Shown here: positions 36,547-50,643 of the stretch, one piece after another
Layout: each line of letters opens with the position of its first letter
Numbering within the stretch: position 1 is the stretch's first letter
DNA from: Botryllus schlosseri
Taxonomy: Eukaryota
NCBI GenBank assembly: GCA_051294905.1
Contig: CM119375.1
Location: 9,548,001 to 9,612,000 of the forward strand
Direction: 5' to 3'
Length of the DNA: 64,000 nt
Notes under the pieces: model-generated
Database searches by the model: none
The model's input: only the letters and a program-made list of their open reading frames with translations
What the model was told of the DNA's origin: nothing
Translations under genes and position numbers: made by a program

Positions 36547-38845
36547 CAACATCTTTGATAACAGGGGCGGGCAAAATACGGCCCGCGGGCCATCCGGCCC
36601 GTGGACAGTTTCCCGTCTTACATGACGTCAAATTTTAGTGACTGTATGAAATAATATATGAGTGTGTGCGCAGCGGGCGAGAGTAGAGCTTGTTCGTCAA
36701 AACGAGAAGATTTGCATTATCGGCATTTACCATATACTCAACCCTACTGAATTGATTTCGTGGTAAATTTGGGGAACCGGGCTTATCGAACGCCACGAAA
36801 TCTTAATTAGGGATTGCATCGTGTGTTGATTAAAGAGAAGTTCTTTGCCACATTGTGTTCGGCGAGATATGGCCTTGAAGTGACATTGATGTCGGTAAAA
36901 TACATCATTCATTAAATACGATTTATTCCTTGCATATGAGGATAAATGAGCGAATAATGTATCGATTCAGCAATCCGGCCCGCCGAGTACTTAATTTTCC
37001 TATATCCTGCCCGCTGAATGGAGAAATTGCCCGCCCTTGCTTTATAAGGATCCAAATTCAGCGGGGTAAGTTTTGGTAATCATAATGATTTGTAGGACTG
37101 ACTTCATCGAGAGAAGTAGGTCTATATCAGTGGTCGGGAACCTATGGCTCGCGAGCCATATATGGCTCTGTTGGGCATAAAGTATGGCTCTTTGCGAAAC
37201 TTTTATATATGTGCTTCATTTATCAATATTGCAGCAATTTGTTAATAAATCTTCAACACGACCAGTACAAATATTTTTGTGACAGTATAAATATGCCCTT
37301 GAGAGGTTAATACATTTGCGTATTCGCGGTTAGGGGCTCGGACCCCTTTTCAAAATCTTCAAATTTAAGTTGCTGTCTCGCCTGCGACTAATATCACTCC
37401 CGAATTTGGATGTATCCGATTCCAAATCTCGAATTGCACGATACCTTGATTGATCAATGAAAATAGCAGACAAGGCGACGCCTATGTGACAATGCAGTTT
37501 TCAAATGCACATTGTCTTCTTGATCTACGGCGAGCAGTGAACTGACGTGGAAGTGACATTTACATTTACAAATTCAACGTATCGTAGTTGCTTTGTAGTT
37601 GCTGTTCAAATGTAGGCGTGTGGCACAACGTTGTGTTACCGCCGAGTACTTTGAGAATTGAGAAATCGTATCGGACTCGACAATTTCATTCGATTATTTA
37701 TCAGTTTTTATAAATTTTATGATAGTCATGATCAATTGCGCTACGCTAATCCCGGCCGTGCCTTACCAATGCCTTACCTCTCCTGTCACGCTATATTTTC
37801 GAACAATAAATAGACAAGTTGTGATTTTCGTAGTAAAAATATTCAAAATCTAGTAGACAGGTAAGGCACTGCCTCACGTGCATCCCCTGACACCACGTCA
37901 CTGACGCATCACACATTACAGTGGTCATGTATTCTGCTGTGTAGTGATAATGTTTAGCATGATTAGTACGAGTTGTTACAGATAATATACGGTGCAAACG
38001 AGGAATCCCATGTGTGGCGCTACCATGACGTCACCATTCTACAATTGTGACGTAGTATTTGATTAAAATGTATGGCTCTTTGGGAGTTAAAAGGGAAAAT
38101 ATAGGGTCAGTATGGCTCTTCGGACGAAAAAGGTTCCCGATCCCTGGTCTATATGGTAAGTATTGTATCGCCAGATTCATTACATTACTTTTCGTTCATG
38201 CTAATATGTGAAATACGTAACTGTTATGCAGAGTTGATGACGATTGAAATATTGACGCATCGAGATTGGACATGGATATCTCACGAATTAAACATATACG
38301 GCTACAAGCTATTTCAGGAGGGAAAAACCTATCAGGAGGCGAGGGTGGCATGCGAAGCTGCCCAGTCGACGCTCGCGTGCGTAGGAATGCGTATTCCAGC
38401 TGTGCGGGAGAAAGTATTTTGATAAAATAGGCCTATTCAGGCGCCATTTATAAGGGCGTTGTAAATGAAAATCGCGTATTTTCCAAATATCCACCAACGA
38501 GTCAACTATATCATTTTTTATGTAGATGTATACCAGGGCTGAACTGGGTTATATATAGAGAACGGTAAACCGATGAAATTCTGATACAGAAGTGTAAAAT
38601 CCAAGGTATAGTGCGGTCATCGGGATCGGGAGGTATCTGGATCGGACTGAATGACCTGGAGCGCAAGGGCCAATATGTCCGGCTTGATGGAGTGGTGTCC
38701 ACCAGAGAAAACACTGAATGGTCATCGACCGAACCGAATACAGCATCTGAAAGATGTGTCGAACTGATGAACTCTGTTAATGAAAAGCTAAACGATAATT
38801 TTTGCAGTAAAATCTTTCAGTACCTTTGTGAAAAAGTTTTATTAA
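36547..38845 (+). pseudogene. EPN-type C-type lectin C-right, 5'-truncated
   Basis: Micro-exons 36547-37065 and 37096-38155 (each split by a MITE), CTLD exons 38232-38409 (donor mutated to gaaagt) and 38590-38845 (shared 5' frameshift, private +1 near the stop). Motif WSSTEPNTASERCVEL..LNDNFC. Confidence 0.85.
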
Positions 38846-41237
38846 CTGATCGCTGCTTCCCTCGTCACTTTGAGCGTATTTGTCACACATATACCGCGAT
38901 ATATACCGATCTATTAGTCATAAACAGTTAAAGTTTGTTCTCATGAATAGCTTTCATACATACTTATTCGGAAACTTATGTATATTGAGTCCTTTCTTCT
39001 GTTATGCGATCAATGCCGATGTCAGAGACACAAAAATAAAACTTGCAAACTAATTTCATACGCATTTTCAACATCTTTCACATCAGCCGTAATATCTTCA
39101 GATGTACTCAACTTACTGATCATAGACATGTACGGTATGTTTATATCAGGGGCGGGCAACTTCTCCAGTCTGCGGGCCGGATATAGGAAAATTAGGTACT
39201 TGGCGGGCCGAATTTCTAGATCGATACATTATCCGCCCATTTAGCCATATATACAATAAGGAATAAATCGTATTTAATGAATGTATTTTAACAACAGCAA
39301 TATCATTTCAAAGCCAATTCTCGTCGATAATGAAGGCGTTCTTCTGGCGCGGTGAACGAAGGAATGGCACTCATGAATCCGAATTGCAGTTGCAGTACTT
39401 AAACAAAGGGGCCTACACAAGGCATTTGGGGAGGAGAGATTTCCCTCTCTGTGAATATGGATGCGATGTAGGCCTACTCATTGCCACTAAAAATCTATGG
39501 ACGGCTGGACACAATGCTTCGAGTACCGAGACGATTTTTTTCGAGAACTGAAATTATACGCTCCTTGCCATAAATAGTTAATTTGTCAAATAGAGTTATA
39601 GTTTTGATTCTATTTTCCACTATGCTAGCCTTGAAACCGAGATTGGTCGTATCGCAGCACACGAACCGCAGTACAAAGCTATGTAAGTTAATGTAAATGA
39701 AATATCTGTGAATCAACCCACAGCAATGTCTGAAAGTGCGTGAAAGAGTTATGGTCGAAAAATACAAAATTATTTTCAATGTGATGTAGAACTAGGACTG
39801 ATGTTCCTTGCGGTGTCACAAATGGTAATTATTTGAACTTCCCACTTTCTTACATGCTGTTATCTCATCAAAAAGAGTGATACTCGAACACTCGACCCGA
39901 CCCGAAGCCTTACTCGATCCAAGGTCGAATTATCCAGGCAATAAATTTTGCCCAGCTCTAGATATGTGATATGATATCCGTAGACAACTTTATGTTGTCT
40001 TGGTGTGCAAAACACGGATGGGGACGTTTATTTAACTCTTTGTTGAGACCAGGATCATTAGATTCGAACTAAGTAACACTAACGAATATCCAAAAAAGAC
40101 GTATAATATTTTATATATTCGAGCAGACGGCAATTTATATGCAGAGGTAGTTAGTGTGGCTAGATAAGCTAGCAATTTTTGGGAGTACTCATATGTCACC
40201 ACTATAGAGACAGAGGGAAATTCAAAGAAAAAGAAAGGTGGTGGTTCTATTTGTGTTTGAGTACACGCTGATCAGAACACTCCAAACACCATACGTAACC
40301 TTGAATACAGTCATTTGCTGGGGAACGCTACATTGTGGTTTCGTTTTTTTGACTTGGGCTGCCTTGGCCACTATCTCTGGTTTGCTGGGGTTATTGTTGT
40401 TGTTGTTTTTGGTATTCGTGGTATTTGTCGACTACTGTGGTTATTTCCACCGGTTCAATAGTCTTTAGTATTATGCCGTATCTGCCGACTTGTAGCACCG
40501 ACCATTTCTAGGCTTTTTTAAAGACGCCGCTTACGCGGATCAGATGGCGTGGAGGAACTTAGATAAACCTCCAACCCTTGTGAAGCAATTCTGGAATCGA
40601 CCTTGGTCGGAACCTATTGGTTTTGCAGCTGTGGATCCACTATGTCTGGCTTGACGGGGGAAAATAGAGGAAACACTATATGGTATCGCGGTTAGCCGAG
40701 CTCAGAGTATGTACGATCACTACGATGTGGCCAAATCGTCCAATTAAAAGAAAGTATGGGGGTTTAACGATAATGCGTGCGGCGGAACCTTGCGCTATCT
40801 CTGTGAAAAATATCATTAATTATACGCAGACGTGCATTCTTAGGCTCATTCACGGCACAGCCTTGTTGTACTTTTTCCGACCATTCAAGTAGTTTACCTA
40901 ACTTGCACCATTTACTCGCGTGGCTTTACTTTTATACTACTTGGATTTTGAATGGTCTTTGAAATGAACTAACTCATTTTTCACATTTAGCCGCGTAACC
41001 CTCGGATGGATTCAAGTCATTCATAATAGCGTAATCACTAGGGTTGAACACAATAATTCGAGTATACTCCAATTCGAATCGGGTATATTAATTATAATGT
41101 GGAGCGGTCAGAGATTATGTTTTCAAGTACTGAATTATTAGATGATATTTTCCACCATAGAAGCCTGGAGGAACATATTGTAATTGTGAAACTTGTCGCC
41201 GTCTATTGAGAAATAAAAGTTGTCAGAGCGTCATTAC

Positions 41238-41510
41238 TAGGGCAAGTTTTTGCAACTTTCGCCACTTTTTTTTACAACTTCCGGCAGCTTCCTAAATACT
41301 CGTAAGATATGTAGAAGGATGTTTTAAGCTGTTTGAAGGAATCTTATAGTGCAACATTTTGCAACTTTTTCGATTTTTCATGATAGTATTTTTGATTTTG
41401 GTGAAATACACGGCCAAATTCGACTGAAATATATGCAACTTTTTACTGCAACTTTTTTCAAAAATAAATGCAACTTTCCACGGATTTAACTGCAACAAAA
41501 ACTTGCTCTA
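41238..41510. mobile_element. hAT MITE
   Basis: TIRs TAGGGCAAGTTTTTG / CAAAAACTTGCTCTA, TSD GTCATTAC, and TGCAAC internal repeats. Confidence 0.88.
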
Positions 41511-41872
41511 GTCATTACACATGACTGAGTATGTTCGTTTACGTAGAGTTTGTTTGAACACTTGTTAACGTTTCGTTCTGTACTTCTCCTAAGACGATCC
41601 TCCGCCATTAGAACTATACTCCAGTGAGAAAAGCGAGCTCATAATTATATCTTGAATAAATCACAGTGTTCCGTCGAGAATTGTGTTCTTCGCCAATTCG
41701 TGGTAAAGTAGGCTACATTACGGTTTTGATGGCGCTTCTTGGCCGTTGGCACAACTTCACGACTATACTGAGACTCGCTGTGACGAATAAAATTTAAATA
41801 GAGTCCCAATGTCCATATCACAACTTGCAGGAATCAAGGGTGCCTTTGGATTCCGCCGGATGGTACTATCTC

Positions 41873-42050
41873 CGACGAGATGGCCTAATGGAGAAGCGCC
41901 CGGCTTCTTAAAGGTTATAGGTCGTGGTTTCAATCCTTGGTCGGGTCGAACCAAATACATGATTGGTAAAAGTGTTATCCATGGCTTCCCCGCTTGGCAC
42001 TCAGCATTTCCGGCATAGCATGGATGGTGGTGCAGGAATTAGAAAGCTCT
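41873..42050 (+). mobile_element. tRNA-derived Meta-like SINE, internally deleted
   Basis: TGGCCTAATGG (A box), GGTTTCAATCC (B box) and GCTTGGCACTCAGCA. Same family as 1599-1860. Confidence 0.7.
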
Positions 42051-42224
42051 ACGAGGGTATTTCGGCACCTTCTATGAACGACGGTATATGCAGATTGCAG
42101 ATCCTGCACGCATGGTATGCATATGCAGTTATACAGATTGTGTGTATGTGTATCATCGTGTCCGGTCAATACCGAGTGCCAATTCTCAGGAATGAATTTC
42201 TCGACAACGTCCGTCTCAGTAAAT

Positions 42225-42420
42225 TAGATTCTCGACATTGTCCATTCCCAGTATTGTCCATTCTCTCTAATACCCATTCACGGTAATATACATTCTCGTC
42301 AATGTCCATTCTCGGTAATAGCATTCATGGTAATATACATTCTCGCCAATGTCCATACTCGGTAATAGCATTCTCGGCAATGTACATTCTCGGTAATGGT
42401 GTTCTCGTTCATATTCGGTA
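42225..42420 (+). repeat. Degenerate CATTCTCGGTAAT/CATTCTCG tandem repeat (shorter mirror at ~29395-29460)
   Basis: About ten CATTCTC-containing units visible. Confidence 0.75.
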
Positions 42421-45334
42421 TGCTAACCTCGATTCTTTGGAGATTATTGCTCGCAAACGAACCTTAAAAGGTTCTTCACGTATGTACATTTTTTGAATTT
42501 CGATATTAACGTGGATTATCGAGCTACATACCTGTTATAGGCACTGTATTAGTATCGATGACAGTGAAGTCGATTCCAGCATATCAATCATTCTCCCATC
42601 TCGCGCCCGTGTTGGTAATGGCTATCAATAAATCATTATTACGCTTAAGGTTAGCAAACAACATGCCTCCGATCGACGAAGAATTAGTAGTAGCAATGAA
42701 AGTGCTAGCCGATCGCCATATATCTATAATTATCTCATCTATCGCTCGCGTTGGCATTGACTATCAACAAATTATCGTTACGTGAGCAGACATACTGTCA
42801 AACTTCGGTATCTTACAAAAACCCAAAACGAAAGTGGGTCATGCTAAAAGTCGACTGATAAGGAATCAAATACCAAAGATCTGTCTATAATGGCTATGAA
42901 TACCAAAACTACAACAGAAACTGCAGACGATAAGCGAGCTGGGACGAATCGAGGAAATAGTTGCGAGGAGCTGGTCAGAAGAGAGGCTGGGGGCAGTCGT
43001 ATATATCTACGGCTGCATTTGAAACAAGAGGTGTTTCAAAACACATGTCATTAAAAATAATTATATTTTTAAAAAGTTGTATAATATTGTATGCAAAAAG
43101 ATGTAGTATAAGCATTCGAACCACATACAATAGATCAGCGGTTCTCAACTTGAATTTTTTTTAAATTAGAGAAATCGCGAGGCAGTTTCGCTACATAACT
43201 GCTTAATCTTCGGGATCCACATAAACAGAATGGCCATCTAGTGTGAAATATTATTCTGTGCAAACTCCTTTTAATTGCCAATAGCCTAAACATAATGTTT
43301 AGAGATGTTTTGTTTGGGTTTTGGAAAGATTTGTTTGTAAAAACCGTATTCTTCTTTGATATACATAACCGCTACTCCAGAATAACTTCATTTTTCATCA
43401 TCACCGTGCTATTGAAATTATTATCAAATCAATACATCACAAGATTGCGATATAATGAAAAGAACTGATGGGTTGATAGATAGAAACGACTAGGCTGGAC
43501 GTTATATGTTCATTAACAATATGTTTCTCAATTATGGTACAAAATATGTTGCAACTTGCGATCAAATACCCGAAGTTGTCGTCGGATGCGTTACGCATTA
43601 TTATCATATTCGCCAACATCTTTGTAGAGATGGATTTCGGCACTCGTTCATATCAAATCGTTCATTCATCACTCAGCCGCGTATTTCAAGAAACGCGCGC
43701 AGCTACAGAATTCGCTTAGAAACAATAAAAGTTTTCCCACTTTCTATATAAATATTATGATGTTATTTTCAAGAAAAATCATTTTATTGCTGTTTATTGC
43801 TACCATGCAGTTAGTATTTACATAAGACAAATGACGCTTATATCTACTAAAACTTGGGGGGTTAAGGTGCAAAAGGGGTCCGCGAAGACAAAAAGGCTGA
43901 GAACCACTGCACTAGATATAGTCGACTTATACGACATGGAATGGTTGGAGCCCGCGAAATCATCGTCGGTTTGACAATTATAACATGTAGTTATATATCA
44001 CAGCATCGCAGTGGTTCCCAACCTTTTTTCCTTCGTTCCCCACTTCTGATTTTTTCAGTTACTTTTATTCCCTACAAACTAAAATCTCTCTATTGAAAAC
44101 TTGAAATCCTCCATCCAATAAAATTCGGTTAGACTTTGTTTCGCTGAGTCTTGCCGTTGGCGAGAACAATCGCCTTTTGTTGCAACATAAAACTTCCTGT
44201 GTATCTACTAAATGTGTTTGTGAGCCCAATATTGGTTTTCCAGAGTTCGAAATGAGTTTTTGTGGACAACACGCGTTAAAATTACCTACGCATATTCCAG
44301 AGCAGTGAACTAGTAACCGTCATCGTGGTGTTATGTCTCCGCACATATATGTATTTGTATATATTGCATGTAGTTATTTTGCATTTGCGTCTATTCCCCA
44401 GCAGATATCTCTGAATTCCCCACTAGTGGGTAATTCCTCGCCGGTTGGGAACCACTGCTGTATCGGAATTGATGTCTGATGAGTATGATGACCGCTGACC
44501 GTACAAATGCTGCATGACGAGGTATTCCTGGTAAAAGAGATGTTGATAGTTCGGTGAAGACGGCTCGGAAACCTCTTTCACCAAAAGAGCCATATTGACC
44601 CTATATTCGCAAATGCAATTCTTAAGAAACCGTATAATAATATCAATCCATTGTGGCGTCAAAATTGAAAATTCCCGACGTCTTGGCTAAAAAAACAATA
44701 AAAAAACATGTTTTAAATAAGGACCTTGTTTTAAACATATTTGTTTTAAATTGATTTTTGTTTTAAATACAAAACAACGTAGTTCGCTCATCTCCGGTTG
44801 GGAGTAACTCTAAATGAACTTATCTTGCAGTCAGGGCTCCAATATTTCATTTCGACTCCCTGGTATTGCCCACTCGCCCATAATTTCCTACCACCCCTCC
44901 CTTTTTGCTATGCCTGTGATCATTGCAGCCGGAACTGAGACTGTCACATGGACTCAATTTGAGGTAGCAGCAGCAACAAAGCACACGCTTTCAAAATTAA
45001 TCCTTTAAAAATCGTTTAGGACATATTTTCGTTTTAAATATAAATTCAAATTGGATATTTAAAAACATTAACAGAAAATAGTCATTTCATGTGACTGCTG
45101 CCGACAATACCACGTTCCGGCATATCATGTGAACATAAATAGGGATTAATTGTGGATAATAATTCATGTCAACAAGGAAAGAAGCTTATATTAATTGTTT
45201 CAAAACGTTAGTCTCGAATTCCCAAGGGAGAGAGTAATTTGAAAAAATGCATAGCAACACTAGTTACATATAAACGGGCAGGGCAGTCTGAATTCGGTCA
45301 CTGCCACGTTACATTGAGGGTGCATAGGTCAGAT

Positions 45335-48300
45335 ATGTCTGAGATGCTACGTTACCTGGTCATTGTCCTTTTGACATACGAATCGTTCCTTCATCTCGTT
45401 CACGGACATTGCTGCTGCGATCAGGAGGATAGTGAGCAGATCATCGGACCTCCTGGACGACCAGGTAAGGCCGGAATCAAAGGAAGCCAAGGAAATGCCG
45501 GGAAACCAGGAAGAGATGGCCGAATCGGTATCAATGGGAGCAAAGGAGAAAAGGGGGAGTCTGGAATGTGCGACTGCTCCGAACTAGCGACGTCACAAAG
45601 TAATGTATCCCGAAATAGTCAAACTAGTCAATCAGGCTATATAGTCAATTCGAATCAGAAATGTGTGAACCTTCTACTTAGAAACAGGAATACAGGAAGC
45701 AGTATTAAATGCGGTCCAGAACGACTTGAGCATAACAAAGCGTTTGAAATGTACGCGGGTAAGAGATGATGGTATAGTCGAATTACAATTGGTTAAAACG
45801 ATTTTGATGTCTACAACAATGTACATTGTTAATCTACCTAAGCCAACGGATGCCAAACAGGCTGCCACCATTGAAATATATTTGTGCAGCTAGCGTGGGG
45901 ATAGTTTGAATTATCTTTTACCTCCAGTTCCGTTATGGCGACTATCTGGCGAAACTGACTGCGGTCAAATATAATTTCCCGATTTTCTCTCTAATTTGAT
46001 ATCACATGATATTTAGGGCGCAGTGCTTCCTGAAACCTGTAAAAATATTGATCTTCTTGTTCCGTTCGTAGCATCCGCGTCACGCTTGTGCGAAGTCAGT
46101 ATCTCCTCGGCGTATTGTTAACATCATCTGACTTTAGTAGACTATTGCGCATTTTATGCGATCAGGATGTTGTAGTACCAATGCAATTCTACATCTTTAA
46201 ATTTGTACAACTTAGAATTGACCAGGGCTGTTCAAGGGGCGCCATCAACAATAATAGTATGAAAACCACTTACCTAAGCTATTCGGTTTCTTTAAAAATA
46301 ATAATCCGAGTTATAATACCCTCTTGGTTACCCTTAAATAGTACAAATACGTTATTTCTGACCTAGGCATCTTTGTCCATCAGCAACGAACAGCGATGTA
46401 TAATTAAGTTTTCAACGCAGTAAGCTTCGTAATGTATGGTGATTTCGAGGGTTCATCTTATAAATAGGAATATCGGTTAAAAACTACTTCGCATGCGCTC
46501 TCATTACATTTCTTTCGTGTTGCAATAGTGCACAACTATTCTTCAGAGTTAATGATGTTCGACTTATTGACGCATCGAGATTGGAAATGGATATCTTACG
46601 GATCAAACATTTACGGCTACCAGTTATTCAAAGAGGCAAAGACATATCAACAGGCGAGGGCGGCATGCGAAGCCGTCCAGGCGACTCTCGCGTGTGTTGG
46701 CATGCGTATTCCACATGTGAGGGAGTAAGTATCCAGATGACACAAGCCTACCCTCGCTACCCCTTTATCGATAACACTGGTATACACAAAATTTCAGGTT
46801 TGGGTTTTTTTGACAACAGGTTGTGGCTAATTTTGGGGCCTTGAATCCGAAAATGACCTCAGATTTTCTCCATCATATCACGTTTTTGAGATATGAAATA
46901 TCGCTAATTATAAAAAAAATATGAATTGTTTACCCCCCTCTGTTGTCAAAACAAGGAATTCTGATACAATAAATACTGATTTACCTGCAATAATCTAGCT
47001 TTAATTACCAAAGAAGCATTCTATATTAGATTCACACAAATTAGCGTTGTCTTTATTAAAATTTCATGCCCTGGCATAAAAAATAGTCACGCAAAAGATC
47101 AACCATAATGAAATCAAACGCTACAATATGATGACGAACATGTCGATAGGACAGTACCAAGGTATTATCGGAATTATAGCTTACAGTTCACACAATATGC
47201 ATATACACATTCCAATGAAGTGCAGAAATTCTGAAGACAGGGACTTGGGCAGGGCGAGTTCAGAAACAGTTAAAGGAGCCCTGCACTCAAATGATGTGGT
47301 CTCAAACTGAAGGGCGAAACGAAAAAAAAATTGGCCGCAGCCGTTTTCTTCAGAACGCCACCGTAATGGAGCTGTAATGTATTGAAATTTCCACAAAAAC
47401 ATCACGGTCGAGCAGTTAAGCCGAGATCGAACTTTATATAGTTGTCAACAGATGTTATGAAGTGAATATGTCGTACAACGCAAATTTGTGTGAATCTAAT
47501 ATAGAATGCTTGTTTGCTAATTAAATCTGGATTATTACAGATAAAACAGTATTTATTGCATCGGAATTGCTTGTTTTGAAAGTAGAGGGGGTTCAAAAAT
47601 TGATTTTTTTCAAAAATTAGGGATATTTCATATCTCAAAAACGTGATGTGATGCAGAAAATCTGAGGCCATTTTAGGATTCAAGGCCCCAAAATTAGCCA
47701 AAATCAGTTGTCAAAACCCAAACCTGAAAAAAATTGAAATTTGTAGACCAGTGTATTAGAAGTCAGGGCTGTGACACTAGTCACCGTGGGACAAATGTTA
47801 GCCACTAGGCCATTTTATCTGACCCCAGAAAGTCTGGTGTATGATGGTTTCAATGTGAATAGACCATAAACGATATGTGACCGTACCATAAACATTGTTT
47901 ACTTAAACACAAAGGGAAGTCAGCCGACCGTCGAGATAGAGAGATATGCAAATTGCACATATCACCATTAAAGTTACATCAAACTATCTTATCATGGAAT
48001 CGAACGTCTCGACTCCACACTGGAAAGCGACAAACACTGAACAATCCTGAGATCTAACCGTTTGGCGAAGACACCGGTTTTGTGACTTTCTCCGCAACGC
48101 ATATCACGATGCTGCAACATATTGTTTCGGACTGACTCAAATTCGTATCGTTGTCCATAGTTTAAACTGGTACGGATGTTGGTTATTGCGCTACCTGCGT
48201 CGCCAATAACTTTTATACAGGGTATATCGCATGAGGTGAGCCTGTCGTTAGGAATTCACGGCGGTATAGGCTACGATGGCATTGCTGACATGAGATCGTA

Positions 48301-49599
48301 TTACCGATAACAATATTGGACTTGGCCTTTAGGATATAACGTGATTGATTTTAAATTACATAAGAAGCATTCCACCGGTACATGAGGCCGATTATTCACC
48401 ATTGACAAGATAGAATCAAAACGGGACAAAAGTAACAAGGTGTCATGATTCCCCCTGACACACCCGGTAATGAAACTTGTACCGATGCGGTGCTTTCCTA
48501 ACCACGCCCGTCCTAGTTTTACTACCAGCATGGTACGCCGTACTTACATCGTCCCAACTATACACTGTACGCCAGGCAGTGTTGGGATCAAGTCACTACC
48601 TTCGAGTCACAAGTCATCTCGAGTCATTGGACACTTTGACTCGAGACAAATCTTCATCATTAGGCCTGCTATCTCTAAGATCGTCATCTTGATCCAAATT
48701 ATCGAGAATATATCAGTTTCAAGTTACACATGATATGTTGAATGGGGCATTAGACCTATAGCTGATATGAAATGTAATGTATATTTTTTTGCCATATCCT
48801 GCAGTTTGCATGAAATATGTGTCTGAAATATCCTCGGATGGTTGCATCCTCTAACCAAGAATGGGTGAAAACATCGGCCTAGATCGATACCAGTACCTTT
48901 TTTCTTCATAATTTAATTGATCCCTTGGCTCTATAAGTTAATATGGTAAAAAGTGTGGATTTTTATATGGTATGGAAAAGTTGTATGGCTAAATTCGTGA
49001 CAATTTGCATATTTTGGGCATATGTCGTAGAGCAAAAACTTGACGTGGTAGAAGAAAACCAATGGCGTTTTTAGAATCAGCACGCCAAAATTTGCCTAAA
49101 TCAAGTGCAAAATCAAAGTCAACAAATTTTTCGTTCAAAATTGTTGCCCAGTGTAATCATTGTTAGCAGATTTGTTACCGGCAACATGGCGTTTGATGGT
49201 AACCCAAGAACGCTCAATTGGTAATACACTGGTGACTGAAGTATAAATAAGTGAGGAGTGAGATATCCCACAATTTAACGTCAGTGATGAAATAACCAAA
49301 TTTATATATAGGCTGGTAAATCGATGAAATTATAATGCAGACGTGTCAAGGCCGAGGTACGGAAATCATCGGGCTCGACTAGCATCTGGATCGGACTGGA
49401 TGACCTGGAGCGCATGAATCATTATGTCTGGCTTGATGGGGTGGTATCCAACAGAGAAAACACTGATTGGTTACCGAATCAACCGGATACACCAGAGGAA
49501 AGATGTGTCGAACTCGTGAACTATCACAATCACAATAGAATGCTCAACGACAATACTTGCAGTAAAACCTTTCATTACCTGTGTGAAAAATTTTACTAA
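45335..49599 (+). CDS. Collectin-like lectin B (inverted paralog of A, QPD-type)
   Basis: Inferred exons 45335-45599, 46072-46098, 46547-46724 and 49341-49599, giving an open frame. Same architecture as A. Confidence 0.88.
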
Positions 49600-50643
49600 A
49601 ATGTAGAGGTGGTTAGTATAGCGAAATAGGCTAGAAAATTTCAGGAGTAGGCCTACTCGTTTGTGATCACAAACAGAAGAAATTTCAAAGGAAGTTGGTG
49701 GTGCTGTTCGTGCTTGAATATGCCTTGAACACTCCGCAAACATATGTTACATTGAAAGTAACTTGCCGGCACGGTAGCGCAACAGTGTGGTTTCTATGTT
49801 AGAATACTTCTATTTCGAACGTTTCATTTTTGACATTTCCAAGGGTTGGAGTGATTCGCGAATGTTTTTATGAATTGAATCATATGTACCACCGCAGAGC
49901 GATTTAGACCCTGTTGTGCTTTTGCGTAGTTCTAATTTTTGAGGTACCCATTAATGAGTAATTATTGCCGTCTTCACTGCAGTCAGAACAATCTTATATT
50001 TAGTTTTGGTCAAACTTTTCACGACAAATAAAACGTGATGTGTGACACGTATTCACCAGAAGGGAAAAGCATACTCGGGCCCTTTTCAATCTTGGTTTGC
50101 GTTTATAGGGACCTTCTCCAGTAGGCAGGCCTTATAAGAATAAGTGCAGTAGCTGGTTGGCAAATCGCTGGGGCAATTGTTTTATGTAATGCGTAACTAA
50201 CGTATATCCACTGTGGCGCATGACGATACACTTGTTAGTGTTACCCATGAGGTAGTATTCGAAACGACATTTGAGCAACTGCTGCGTAGCAATACCCGAA
50301 CTTGTCTCTAGACAAGTTGATGTTGTTTGTGGTAGCCTATTCTTAGTGATTCTCGACTGCAATGATCATTTACACCAGGCCGATATTCTTTCTTTTTATT
50401 CCGTATAGCTTCCTACGTATAGCACGACCCACTTCTAGGGTTTTTGAGATACCGCTTACGCGGATCAGACGGTGATGAGGAGCCTAGATAAATCTCCAAC
50501 ACTGGGGAATGGATTCTGGAGTCAAACTCGGAGGGCCATTCTAAAAGTTGCCAGATACAGAATCTTGAAAGGAATATCGGTATTATGTAAATGACCACGA
50601 AAAACACCATGAATTCAACAACAACAACCACTGCGGGTTAGAC

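Larger units (their letters stand above)
30108..39146. repeat. Near-perfect core palindrome with ~4.5-kb arms and an 11-bp spacer (34616-34626)
   Basis: Seven mirrored ORF pairs all have coordinate sum 69242, so there is no net indel over >4 kb. The arms look identical by eye from ~32800 to the centre. Confidence 0.98.

Noticed and set aside
38609-38616. TAGTGCGG at the lectin frameshift, identical to the hAT TIR (also at 16717)
   Set aside because: An 8-mer match is expected by chance at this scale, and there is no TSD or partner end.
30108-39146. Dismissing the whole palindrome as a sequencing fold-back
   Set aside because: The arms carry private substitutions, indels and TE insertions, and both flanks resume in the same orientation. 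An artefact cannot be excluded for the innermost ~1.8 kb without reads.
42225-42420. CRISPR-like array
   Set aside because: The units are short, degenerate and lack unique spacers, and the context is eukaryotic. This is an ordinary tandem repeat.
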